Counted from the first letter of the stretch, positions 17,509-26,402 are shown. The stretch is 32,000 nt of DNA from Thermoproteus tenax Kra 1 (GCF_000253055.1 NC_016070.1:180001-212000); one strand, 5' to 3'. Program-made: numbers and translations. Notes: generated by a model not told the origin, from the letters alone.

Positions 17509-18701
17509 CCGCCGTAGCCCAACTGGAGGCCGCTAGGGTGAAGCAGAGGAGGATTGCTCTGACTGGAAACCACGCAGTGGCATTGGCGGCCAAGATGGCC
17601 AAGGTGGAGGTGATCGCCGCATACCCTATAACTCCCCAGACGCCCGCGGTGGAGAGGTTGGCCGAGTTCGTGAACAATGGGGAGTTGGACGCCGAGTATA
17701 TACCGGTCGAGGGCGAGCACTCGGCCCTCTCGGCCGTGTTGGGCGCTTCGGCGGCCGGAGCAAGAGTGTTCACGGCCACTAGCAGCCAGGGGCTGGGCTT
17801 CATGTACGAGATATTGCCCATAGCAGTAGGATTGAGGCTGCCCATAGTGATGGGGATAGCCACTAGGGCTTACTCGGCCCCTATCAACGTGTGGGGCGAC
17901 TACAGCGACGTCATGTCCATGAGGGAGCTGGGCTGGATAATCTACATGGTGTCCAATGTGCAAGAGGCCTTCGACACGACGATACAGGCCTACAGAGTCG
18001 GCGAGGACTCCTCAGTGCATCTGCCCGTGGTCGTCGCCTACGACGGCTTCTGGATAAGCCACGTGCTCCAGCCTCTGGACGTTCCTGAGGACGAGGAGGC
18101 AGTGATAAAGTATGCGCCAATTACGAGGACTTGGAAAAAGCTGGATGTGGACAACCCGGCCTCTCTAGGCGCCGTGGGCACGCCCGAGTGGTACTTCGAG
18201 ATCAGATATGCGGCGTACAAGGCGCTGGAGGAGTCGATAAAGGTCGTTGAACAGGCAGACATAGAGTACGGCAAAATGTTCGGCAGAAGCTACGGCTTCG
18301 GGTCGACCTATAGGCTGGAGGATGCAGACGTAGCCATTGTCACATACGGCTCGATCTACGGCTTGGCCAAGATGGCCGCGGATGCGCTGAGGCAACAGGG
18401 AATAAGGGCAGGCGCCATGAAGCTCAGACTTCTGAGGCCGTGGCCCACCGACTTCATTAAACGGAGCTTGGAGGGAGTAGAGAAGGTATTCGTCGTAGAC
18501 AGGGCCTTCAACCACGGCGGCTTGGTCGGACCAGTCGCCACAGAGGTTGCGGCCACTCTCGCCAGGCCGGTCTACAACGCCTACGCCACAATAGGGATGA
18601 GGGCCACCGACTCTAGGGCTATAGCGGCAGCCGCAGAGAGAGTGGCGAAGGGGGAGGTACAGCCCATGAGGCCGTTCAATATAGGTCTGAGGGGGCCATG
18701 A
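17505..18701 (+). CDS. porA: Pyruvate/2-oxoacid:ferredoxin oxidoreductase alpha subunit
   Basis: GNHAVALAAKMAKVEVIAAYPITPQTPAVE, EGEHSALSAVLGASAAGARVFTATSSQGLGFMYE; 4-bp overlap with the gamma-delta gene. Confidence 0.93.
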   Translation: MTAVAQLEAARVKQRRIALTGNHAVALAAKMAKVEVIAAYPITPQTPAVERLAEFVNNGELDAEYIPVEGEHSALSAVLGASAAGARVFTATSSQGLGFMYEILPIAVGLRLPIVMGIATRAYSAPINVWGDYSDVMSMRELGWIIYMVSNVQEAFDTTIQAYRVGEDSSVHLPVVVAYDGFWISHVLQPLDVPEDEEAVIKYAPITRTWKKLDVDNPASLGAVGTPEWYFEIRYAAYKALEESIKVVEQADIEYGKMFGRSYGFGSTYRLEDADVAIVTYGSIYGLAKMAADALRQQGIRAGAMKLRLLRPWPTDFIKRSLEGVEKVFVVDRAFNHGGLVGPVATEVAATLARPVYNAYATIGMRATDSRAIAAAAERVAKGEVQPMRPFNIGLRGP

Positions 18702-19720
18702 GCTTCAAAATAAACGTCAGAGGGCTGCAGCTGCCTGGAGCGGGGAGAGGCGGCGCCCTGGAGGCGTTATACGAGTTTGAGAGCTTCGATCTGCCGGAGC
18801 AAGAGCTCTTCATGCCGGGGCACGGCCTCTGCGGAGGCTGTACTATACCCGTAATAACTAGGCACATGTTGAAGGTGTTGGGGCCCGACACGATCGTGGT
18901 GAACCCCACTGGATGCCTCGAGGTGTCCACAGTGACTTATCCGCGCACTAACTGGGCTGTGCCGTGGATACACGTGGCGTTCGGCAACGGCGGCTCCGTG
19001 GCCTCGGGCATAGAGGCGGCCATAAAGGTTCTAAAGAGGCGCGGCGTCATAGATCCCAACAGAAAGATAAACGTCGTGGTAGTGGCGGGCGACGGCGCAA
19101 CGGCAGATATAGGGTTCCAAGCGCTCAGCGGCATGTTGGAGAGGGGCCACAGAGTGATCTACGTGATGTACGACAACGAAGGCTACATGAACACGGGCAT
19201 ACAGAGGAGCGGCACAACTCCCCTCTTTGCCTCAGCCACGACCTCGCCGGCCGGCAAAAAGATACCGGGCAATCTGACGCACAAGAAGCCCATGGCGTTT
19301 ATAGCGGCCGCCCACGGGATACCCTACTCGGCCACTGCCAACCCAGCCTATTTAGCCGACATGATACAGAAGTTCAAAAAGGCCGCCGAAGTTGATGGGC
19401 CATCGTTCTTACACATAATACAGTCGTGCACGCCTGGCTGGCGCTTCGAGCCCAAGTACGGCATCAGAGTGATGGAGCTCGCCACAGAGACAGGCTTCTG
19501 GGTCAACTACGAGATAGAGAACGGCGTATTCAGAATAACGACTCCGGTGCCCAAGAGGAAGCCCATTGAGTGCTTCTTGAAGCTGCAAGGCCGGTTCAGA
19601 CATCTGACCAAGGAGCATATAGCGATACTACAGAAGGTGATAGACGAGGACGTCAAAAGGTTGAACGAGATGGCGGGCGGAGAATTCATCGGCCCAGTGG
19701 ACCCGGAGGCAAAATGTTAG
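18698..19720 (+). CDS. porB: Pyruvate/2-oxoacid:ferredoxin oxidoreductase beta subunit
   Basis: HGLCGGCTIPVITR, TGCLEV, TPP-binding GDGATADIGFQALSGMLERGHRVIYVMYDNEGYMNTGIQRSG. Confidence 0.93.
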   Translation: MSFKINVRGLQLPGAGRGGALEALYEFESFDLPEQELFMPGHGLCGGCTIPVITRHMLKVLGPDTIVVNPTGCLEVSTVTYPRTNWAVPWIHVAFGNGGSVASGIEAAIKVLKRRGVIDPNRKINVVVVAGDGATADIGFQALSGMLERGHRVIYVMYDNEGYMNTGIQRSGTTPLFASATTSPAGKKIPGNLTHKKPMAFIAAAHGIPYSATANPAYLADMIQKFKKAAEVDGPSFLHIIQSCTPGWRFEPKYGIRVMELATETGFWVNYEIENGVFRITTPVPKRKPIECFLKLQGRFRHLTKEHIAILQKVIDEDVKRLNEMAGGEFIGPVDPEAKC

Positions 19721-20109
19721 AGCACATAAGGCTCTTCGCCGTTGCCATCAAGAACGTTGTCAGAGGCCCCATAACTATCGACTATCCAAGAGAGGCGAGG
19801 GACTACGGCGGAAGGCTGAGGGGCTATATCGTCAACGACCTCTCCAAATGTATCAGCTGCGGCATGTGCGAGGCGGTGTGTCCGGCCAAGGCCGTCAAGT
19901 TCAGTGTGGGGCCCGACGGGAAGAGGTACCCTGGCATTGACTACGGGAGGTGTATTTTCTGCGGATACTGCGTAGACGCTTGTCCCACCGGCAGCCTCCA
20001 ACACACAACGTGGCACGAGGTCGTGTGGCCCGACTTGAACACGTTCGCCAAATACGCCGTGGGGGGCCCAGACCCCAAGGACCACAGACCAAGGAGGGCG
20101 TTGGTATGA
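19714..20109 (+). CDS. nuoI: Complex I-like subunit I (2x[4Fe-4S] ferredoxin-like)
   Basis: CISCGMCEAVCPAKAVKF and CIFCGYCVDACPTGSLQ. Start set at ATG 19714, which overlaps the porB stop. Confidence 0.87.
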   Translation: MLEHIRLFAVAIKNVVRGPITIDYPREARDYGGRLRGYIVNDLSKCISCGMCEAVCPAKAVKFSVGPDGKRYPGIDYGRCIFCGYCVDACPTGSLQHTTWHEVVWPDLNTFAKYAVGGPDPKDHRPRRALV

Positions 20110-21056
20110 GCGAGCTAGCAGCGGCCGTAGTATACCCGGGCCTCATCGCCATGGGCCTCTACTTGGTCCTGGCTGTGTGGGCCGAGAGGAAGCTCGCCGC
20201 GAAGGTCCAATGGAGGTACGGGCCGCTCTACGTCTCTAGGAGGTTGGGCGGAGTTCTGCAGACTGTCGCGGATATGTTGAAGCTAATTTTCAGCGAGCTG
20301 GTCATCCCCTCCTACACCAACAGGGCGCTCTTCGTGGCTCTGCCGGTGGCCGTCTTTACGGCTGAGGCGCTGCCGCTCTTGTTCATACCGGGCGCGCCCG
20401 GCCTAGTGATAGTGCCCTCCCACTACGGTCTCGCCTACATACTAGTGATCTTGCTCTTGGCGACGCCTGCTATAGTCGCCATGGCGTGGGTCGAGGCGGA
20501 CAAGTTCACCTATATAGGGGCTCTGCGCGAGATCTTGATCGAGGTGGCGTTCGAGGTGCCGTTGGTGATATCTCTGTTGGCCATGGTCATGTTGTACGGC
20601 CCCGACCCGGAGGGGGCGGTCTCGGCCCAACGGCTGCCCGGCATCGTGCTCAACCCGGCCGCGTTCTTCGCATTCTTCATCTCGGCCGCCATGTCCACCA
20701 GCAGATTCCCCTTCGAGATCCCCGACGCCGATACGGAGATCGTCTTCGGGCCCTACACTGAGTACGGCTCCACTCTGCTCCTCCTCTCCTACGGCGCCAA
20801 CTACGTGGGGCTCTACTCCTTCTCTCTATTGGGCGCTCTGTTGTTCTTGGGCGGCTGGGCGCCGTTCACGGGGCTCCTCGGAGCGCTATTTATGTACTTT
20901 AAGGCATTTCTATTGACTCTTGCCTGGCTCTTCCTCAGAGCTGTCTATCCTCGCCTCAGAATAGATCAAGCGCTCAAAATAGGCTGGACGACGCTCCTCT
21001 GGATATCCGTATTATCTCTGCTCATTTCGGCGGCTTGGAGGGTATGGCTTGGCTGA
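20106..21056 (+). CDS. nuoH: Complex I-like subunit H
   Basis: WAERKLAAKVQWRYGPLYV, ADMLKLIFSELVIP, RFPFEIPDADTEIVFGPYTEYGS are characteristic NuoH segments. Confidence 0.93.
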   Translation: MSELAAAVVYPGLIAMGLYLVLAVWAERKLAAKVQWRYGPLYVSRRLGGVLQTVADMLKLIFSELVIPSYTNRALFVALPVAVFTAEALPLLFIPGAPGLVIVPSHYGLAYILVILLLATPAIVAMAWVEADKFTYIGALREILIEVAFEVPLVISLLAMVMLYGPDPEGAVSAQRLPGIVLNPAAFFAFFISAAMSTSRFPFEIPDADTEIVFGPYTEYGSTLLLLSYGANYVGLYSFSLLGALLFLGGWAPFTGLLGALFMYFKAFLLTLAWLFLRAVYPRLRIDQALKIGWTTLLWISVLSLLISAAWRVWLG

Positions 21057-21361
21057 TCTTCCTCCTTCTGTTGATAGCGGGCGTCGCTGCCATGTTGATA
21101 GTGCCCGCGCTCTTTGCGCCGGCCAAAGGAGAGCAGGCAAAAGACGTGAGGTTCGAGGCTGGCAATCCTCCCTTCGGGAGAGTAAGGAGGAGGATGGCCA
21201 TGCAGTACCTCGCCTACGTCTATCTTGCGGTTGCTATCGAGGCAGTGGCCGGCCTGGCGTTCGTCTACTACTTGCTGACGTCCAACGTACTGGACATCGT
21301 AGTGGCCATCCTCGCCTCAGCGGCGACGGCCTACTTTATAGTGAGGGAGCATGGCAGGTAG
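21035..21361 (+). CDS. nuoA: Complex I-like subunit A
   Basis: Small three-TM protein with FEAGNPPFGRVRRRMAMQYLAYVYLAVAIEAVAG (NuoA FExGx2P motif). Alternative start at 21044. Confidence 0.85.
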   Translation: MEGMAWLIFLLLLIAGVAAMLIVPALFAPAKGEQAKDVRFEAGNPPFGRVRRRMAMQYLAYVYLAVAIEAVAGLAFVYYLLTSNVLDIVVAILASAATAYFIVREHGR

Positions 21362-21782
21362 AATCGTCAGAGATCTAACAAGGCTGGCGGCATCCTGGGG
21401 CACACGTTGGTCCCTCTGGCCTCCGCACATAGTGACGGCGTGCTGCGGCGTAGAGCTGGCCCACGCGTTCGGCCCGGCGTACGATGCAGAGAGGCTGGGG
21501 GTCCTACCGATGCCCTCGGCGAGGCACAGCAATTTGTTGATAATAGAGGGCACTATAACTATGAAGATGGCGAAATTCGTCAAATGGGTCTACGAGCAGA
21601 TGCCTGAGCCCAAGTTCGTGATAGCCATGGGGGCTTGCGCCATCAAGGGAGGAGTGTTCTATGGGAGCTACCACATGGTGCCCGCATCCAATGTAGTAAA
21701 AGTGGACTACTACGTCTCCGGCTGTCCGCCGACGCCCGAGGCCCTGTTGAGGTCTATACAAAAAGTACAGGAGAAACTATGA
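21351..21782 (+). CDS. nuoB: Complex I-like subunit B (N2 cluster subunit)
   Basis: VTACCGVEL, MPSARHSNLLIIEGTIT, MGACAIKGGVF, VSGCPPTPEALL; all four N2 cysteines present. Confidence 0.93.
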   Translation: MAGRIVRDLTRLAASWGTRWSLWPPHIVTACCGVELAHAFGPAYDAERLGVLPMPSARHSNLLIIEGTITMKMAKFVKWVYEQMPEPKFVIAMGACAIKGGVFYGSYHMVPASNVVKVDYYVSGCPPTPEALLRSIQKVQEKL

Positions 21783-22999
21783 TGGAGTGGCCCTTCGACA
21801 AAAGGCCGGGCTCCACTTTCTTCATAGAGAGGGAGGAGGAAATAGCGCCGGGCGAGAAAGGGCTTGCGCTTGTTGTAGGGCCTCAACATCCGGGCTCGGG
21901 CCACATGAGGCTCTTCGTCATAGTCGACGGCGATATAATTGTGGACGTCAGGCCGGACCCCGGCTTCGTGCACAGAGGCATAGAGAAGCTCGCCGAGAGG
22001 AGGCCCTTCTGGGTCGTGCCGCCGCTCATAGAAAAGGCCTCTATCATGGACAGCACAAACGTGATTCTGCCGTACGTACACGCAGTAGAGAAGGCGCTGG
22101 GGCTCGTGCCTCCTCCAAGAGCCAGATTCCTCCGCTCCATTATGTCGGAGCTGAACAGAATTAGAACGCACCTCTACGACTTGGCTCTACACGGTATATT
22201 CATAGGACACTCTACGGCCTTCATGTGGGGGTTCGGCATGGGCGACCTAATAGCTGAGGTTCAAGCCAAGGTGACGGGGGCGAGGACTACGTCGGCCTAC
22301 CCAATACCTGGGGGCGTGAGGAGGGATCTGTCCACAGACGATAGACAGACCATCTTGAGGCTGTTGGAGAAGCTCAGAGGGAGGCTGCCAGACTACGAGA
22401 AGATATTCCTAAAGAACCCTCTGGTCAAGATGAGGCTTGAGGGCGTGGGGGTCCTCGAGGCCAAGAGGGCGGCGGAGCTGGGGGCCGTTGGCCCGTCGGC
22501 CAGAGGATCCGGCCTCTTCCACGACACGCGCGCCGACGCCCCCTACGATGCATACGTCGATATCAAGCCCCGCGTAGTAGTCGAGAAGGGAGGCGACGCC
22601 TGGGCGAGGACGTTGGTAAGATGGGGGGAGATCTGGGCCTCGATAGAGTTCATAGAGGAGGCCATTAAGGCTCTGCCCGAGGGCGATATCATTGACGAGG
22701 GCCTTTTGGCCCTCGCGCCCAACTACAGAAGGGAGGGCAGCGTGACCGGCATCCTAGGGGTGTTGACTCAACTGAGGCCGGCGCGCGGCGAATATTCGTC
22801 TGTCGTCGAAATGTCCAGAGGCGCCTCCCTTGTGCAGATATATGCCACAGAGAGCGCCTATCTCAGGAGGGTCAGATTCGTTACGCCGAGCTGGCGCAAT
22901 TTAAAGCCCATGGTAGAGGCCATGAAGGGCTATAGGCTCGCCGATCTGCCTGCGATCTATATGAGCTTCGGCTATTTTCCGCCGGAGGCCGACAGATAG
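21779..22999 (+). CDS. nuoD: Complex I-like 49-kDa subunit (NuoD)
   Basis: VVGPQHPGSGHMRLFVIVDGDII, PGFVHRGIEKLAERR, HAVEKALG, TGARTTSAYPIPGGV. No CxxC nickel motifs. ATGATG start overlaps the nuoB stop. Confidence 0.88.
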   Translation: MMEWPFDKRPGSTFFIEREEEIAPGEKGLALVVGPQHPGSGHMRLFVIVDGDIIVDVRPDPGFVHRGIEKLAERRPFWVVPPLIEKASIMDSTNVILPYVHAVEKALGLVPPPRARFLRSIMSELNRIRTHLYDLALHGIFIGHSTAFMWGFGMGDLIAEVQAKVTGARTTSAYPIPGGVRRDLSTDDRQTILRLLEKLRGRLPDYEKIFLKNPLVKMRLEGVGVLEAKRAAELGAVGPSARGSGLFHDTRADAPYDAYVDIKPRVVVEKGGDAWARTLVRWGEIWASIEFIEEAIKALPEGDIIDEGLLALAPNYRREGSVTGILGVLTQLRPARGEYSSVVEMSRGASLVQIYATESAYLRRVRFVTPSWRNLKPMVEAMKGYRLADLPAIYMSFGYFPPEADR

Positions 23000-23010
23000 C
23001 CCGTCTGCCC

Positions 23011-23036
23011 GCGGCGTGAGGCCGCAAGTTTTTAAT
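23011..23036 (+). terminator. Hairpin plus T-tract, possibly also carrying the TATA box of the next gene
   Basis: GCGGC-GTGAG-GCCGC (23011-23025) followed by AAGTTTTTAATA. GTG start of the next gene at 23055 is about 24 nt downstream of TTTTTAATA. Confidence 0.45.
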
Positions 23037-23054
23037 AGCTTAGTTTGTTGAGAC

Positions 23055-24515
23055 GTGACATCCGATATATCGGATTACGACGTCAGATACGCTTGGAGGG
23101 TGGCCCCGCTCCTCGGCTCTGTGGCCCTAGTGGTGATGTACACCGAGGCGATGCTTGTGCCGTCTCTGCCGAAGATACAGGAGGAGTTCAACGTTACGCC
23201 CGCCGAGGCCTCCTGGATACTCAGCATCTATCTGATCGTGGGCACCATCAGTGCGGCCCTATTCGGCAGTCTGGGCGACGTCTACGGCAAAAAGAGGATG
23301 TTGCTCCTAGTGCTCTCCGTATATTCCGTAGCTGTAACTCTCACGGGCTACGCGCCCACTTTCCCGCTCCTTCTGGCGGCTAGGGCGCTCCAAGGCTTGG
23401 GCATGGCCATGTTCCCCCTCGCCTTCTCTCTGATCAGAGAGGAGTTCCCCCCGAGGTTAGTCCCTACGGCCCAAGGCCTCGTCAGCGCCATGTTCGGCAT
23501 AGGCATCATAGTGGCTCTGCCAGTGGGGGCCTACCTCAGCCAGTACTACGGCTGGAGGGCTACGTACCACACAGTGACCCCCTTCGCCGTACTGTTGACT
23601 GTGCTCATAGCCTACTTCGTGAGGGAGAGCAGATACAGAGCGCCGAGAAGCGCCGACTATCTCGGCGTAGCCCTCTTCGCGGCCGCCGCCGTCTCCTTCA
23701 TCGTCGGAGTCACAGAGGCGCCCAACTGGGGCTGGACGGCCCCGCCCACTCTGGCCCTTTTCGCTCTAAGCGCCGCCTCAGCCGCCGTCTTTGCGATACA
23801 AGAGGCGACTACAGACGGGCCGTTCATACCGCGGGACATCTTGAATAGGAACGTGGTAGCCTCCACTGTGGCCATACTCATGGTGGCCTACGCCTTCCAG
23901 ATGTCGAGCCAGAACCTCTCCTACCTCTTCGAGATGCCTCCGCCGTATGGCTACGGGCTCTCGATATTGCAGACCGGCCTCTATATAGCGCCCACGGCTG
24001 TGGTGCAGATGATCGGCGCCCCAATAGCGGGGAGGCTCTTGTGGAGAGTCGGAGCTAAGAGGATGTCCTACATCGGAGTCCTCTTGGCTGTAGCAGGCTT
24101 CCAACTGGCCTCGGCCAACTTACACTCGGGGGTCTGGAACATCATAGCCTATATGTCCCTCGGCTTTCTGGGCCTTGCGCTGTTGAACGTCTCCCTCATA
24201 AACTTGTTGACGTTCTCCGTGCCTAGGCAGAGGCTCGGGGTAGCCACGGGGCTCAACACAGTGTTCAGAAACCTCGGCTCAGCTGTGGCCCCCGCTGTGG
24301 CGGGCACAGTCCTCACCACCTTCGCCACCACTGCAGTTTTCAAGCTCGGCCCAGCGGCGGTCTTCCTGAGCGTGCCGTCGACAACGGCCTACTCGGTCAA
24401 TTTCGACATAGCCACCGCCATGTTCTTGCTGTCTCTGATACCCATAGCTCTGGCCAAGGAGGTCTTCAGAGCTAGGGAGCCGAATGCCGCCCCGTTAAAT
24501 AGAGGATCGTCATGA
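23055..24515 (+). CDS. Major facilitator superfamily transporter (drug-efflux-like, probably about 14 TM)
   Basis: IVGTISAALFGSLGDVYGKKRMLL (MFS motif A), ARALQGLGMAMFPLAFSLI, SAMFGIGIIVALPVGAYLSQYYGWRATYH (motif C-like). Confidence 0.88.
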   Translation: MTSDISDYDVRYAWRVAPLLGSVALVVMYTEAMLVPSLPKIQEEFNVTPAEASWILSIYLIVGTISAALFGSLGDVYGKKRMLLLVLSVYSVAVTLTGYAPTFPLLLAARALQGLGMAMFPLAFSLIREEFPPRLVPTAQGLVSAMFGIGIIVALPVGAYLSQYYGWRATYHTVTPFAVLLTVLIAYFVRESRYRAPRSADYLGVALFAAAAVSFIVGVTEAPNWGWTAPPTLALFALSAASAAVFAIQEATTDGPFIPRDILNRNVVASTVAILMVAYAFQMSSQNLSYLFEMPPPYGYGLSILQTGLYIAPTAVVQMIGAPIAGRLLWRVGAKRMSYIGVLLAVAGFQLASANLHSGVWNIIAYMSLGFLGLALLNVSLINLLTFSVPRQRLGVATGLNTVFRNLGSAVAPAVAGTVLTTFATTAVFKLGPAAVFLSVPSTTAYSVNFDIATAMFLLSLIPIALAKEVFRAREPNAAPLNRGSS

Positions 24516-25677
24516 GGTAGCGCCTGAGCTGTTGAGTTATCAAGAAGTTGCGCCTCACGTGCTCTCTGCCTGCGGCGCCCATCTCCCTCCTCAGTCTCTT
24601 GTTCTTCAGCAGGTAGACAATATAGTGGGCCGCCGCCTTGGGGGAGTCCACGAGGAAGCCAGTGACTCCGTGTATCACTTGGATTCTGATGCCTCCAGTG
24701 TTGCCTCCTATGACCGGCCTCCTCTTCCACAGAGCCTCGCTGACAGTGAGCCCGAACCCCTCTCTTATCGACTTCTGTAAAACTACGGCGGCGGCCCTCT
24801 GGAAGGCGTTGACCTCTATGTGGCTGTTGGGCGGCAACATCAACAAGTGTATGTCTTTATCGTCTCCGGCCGCCCTAAGGGCCTCTCTATAGACTTCCTC
24901 CCCCTCTGGGTCGTCCGAGGCGGGGCTGCCTAGGTAGACCAGCTGTACGTCTACATGCCGGCGGGCCAACTTGTAGGCCTCAATGACTCCAACAGGGTCC
25001 TTCGCTCTATCGAACCGAGATACTTGGAGCACTATAGGGCGCTCTGGATCAACGCCGTATTTCCTCACTATTCTGTCCACAGTGGCTCTGGGCAGAGGCA
25101 CGTTCTTGGGGCTCAGAGGGTCTATCGAGGGCGGTATAGATATCTGGGGCACATCTAGATCGTCTCTGGCAAACTCTGGTATCGAGACTATTACTCCATC
25201 GTAGGCCGATATATACCTCTTGAGGAAGGCCCAGACCTCGGGGTGGGGGTTGCTGATGTCGATATGGCATCGCCAGATCCAGACCCCCCTCCTTTTATAT
25301 CTAATGAGGCCAGCTGGCTGCGGATCGTGTATGAACACTACGTCGTAGTCCAGAGGGATCTCGCCGGCGTTGATCTCCTGCCATCTGTCGTATATCTCGA
25401 AGTACTCCCTGGGTATCGAGCCGGCGCCTGTCTGAAGCGCGTTGTGAAACGACTTGGTGACTCTGAAGAACTCCTCGTTCCCCCTTATCACTTTCCACTC
25501 TACGTTGAGCCCCAGCTCCCTCATCAGAGGGATCAATCTGTGGAGTATCTCGGCGACTCCGCCGCCGGCCGCCGTAGAGTTGATGTGTAGGATCGACAGA
25601 TCCCTCAGCCTTTCGGCGTATTTAAATATGGCGTTCAGCTCATGCTCGCCTATAAATTCGACGTAACGCTCTATCAT
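24472..25677 (-). CDS. treT: Trehalose glycosyltransferring synthase-like GT4 glycosyltransferase (TreT)
   Basis: INSTAAGGGVAEILHRLIPLMRELGLNVEWKVIRG, IWRCHIDIS, LQVSRFDRAKDPVGVIEAY, QKSIREGFGLTVSEALWKRRPVIGGNTGGI are TreT/GT4 hallmarks. Confidence 0.88.
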   Translation of the reverse strand: MIERYVEFIGEHELNAIFKYAERLRDLSILHINSTAAGGGVAEILHRLIPLMRELGLNVEWKVIRGNEEFFRVTKSFHNALQTGAGSIPREYFEIYDRWQEINAGEIPLDYDVVFIHDPQPAGLIRYKRRGVWIWRCHIDISNPHPEVWAFLKRYISAYDGVIVSIPEFARDDLDVPQISIPPSIDPLSPKNVPLPRATVDRIVRKYGVDPERPIVLQVSRFDRAKDPVGVIEAYKLARRHVDVQLVYLGSPASDDPEGEEVYREALRAAGDDKDIHLLMLPPNSHIEVNAFQRAAAVVLQKSIREGFGLTVSEALWKRRPVIGGNTGGIRIQVIHGVTGFLVDSPKAAAHYIVYLLKNKRLRREMGAAGREHVRRNFLITQQLRRYLMTILYLTGRHSAP

Positions 25678-26324
25678 AACAAGGCCCTCTCCAGCGTCCT
25701 CACAACTTCAGATTTCAACTGCCTTTCGTCGTTGTAGATGAGGGGGTCTATCCTGGATAACGCGTCAGCCGCCGAGGTCAAGCCGAACTCCTCAACAAGC
25801 CACCTTGAGAAGTCGTTTCTTCCGTTACCGTATAGGACTCTCGCCGTCACGAAGTGGTAGGCCACAGACTCGGGGGGCGCTGCCGCCACTGCGTCTAGAA
25901 ACTCCGCCAGCGTCTCTGCCTTGAGCCCCACTTCGTACACTATTGGGACCATGCTGACGAAAACGAACTCCCTCCTCGCCGCTCTCTCGTCCGCCCTAGG
26001 CTCGAGCACCGCGAGGAGCTCCCTCCTCACGTCCTCCACAGTGGCCGGCTCGGCGCCGGATATACTGGAGAGCTCTATGGCCAGATCATCGTCGTTTAAC
26101 TCCTCCCCCACCCATCGCGCGAAATCGTTAGTGTAATAGGGATGTAGGAGGTGTTTGGCGAAGACCACGTGGAAGACGTGGTGGAATATTACGCCTGGGT
26201 CCGCTGCCCTGATCCCCTCGGCTAGCTGCCGCAGATTGCGCGCCCTCCTTTTAGTGTAGAGGGATAGATAATACGCCGACTTGAAGACAAACGGCGACTT
26301 GGCCTTGGAGTCAAGATCGGCCAT
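25674..26324 (-). CDS. Uncharacterised protein (possible DUF5752 family) coupled to treT, with internal duplication
   Basis: 216 aa ORF overlapping treT by 4 bp; two halves align (FVFKS...TNDFARWVGEEL versus FVFVS...RNDFSRWLVEEF). Confidence 0.75.
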   Translation of the reverse strand: MADLDSKAKSPFVFKSAYYLSLYTKRRARNLRQLAEGIRAADPGVIFHHVFHVVFAKHLLHPYYTNDFARWVGEELNDDDLAIELSSISGAEPATVEDVRRELLAVLEPRADERAARREFVFVSMVPIVYEVGLKAETLAEFLDAVAAAPPESVAYHFVTARVLYGNGRNDFSRWLVEEFGLTSAADALSRIDPLIYNDERQLKSEVVRTLERALL

Positions 26325-26402
26325 GGAGTCTCCACGTGCCTACATTAAAAAGGCGTCGGTGGCTAAAACTTAAATAGTGGAGAGCGGGGGGCGAGGCATG
26401 GG

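Noticed and set aside
21779-22999. Interpretation of the NuoB/NuoD genes as a group 4 membrane-bound [NiFe] hydrogenase served by the nearby hyp genes
   Set aside because: NuoD lacks both N- and C-terminal CxxC nickel-binding pairs, so it cannot bind the NiFe centre. The hydrogenase served by the hyp genes must be encoded outside this window.
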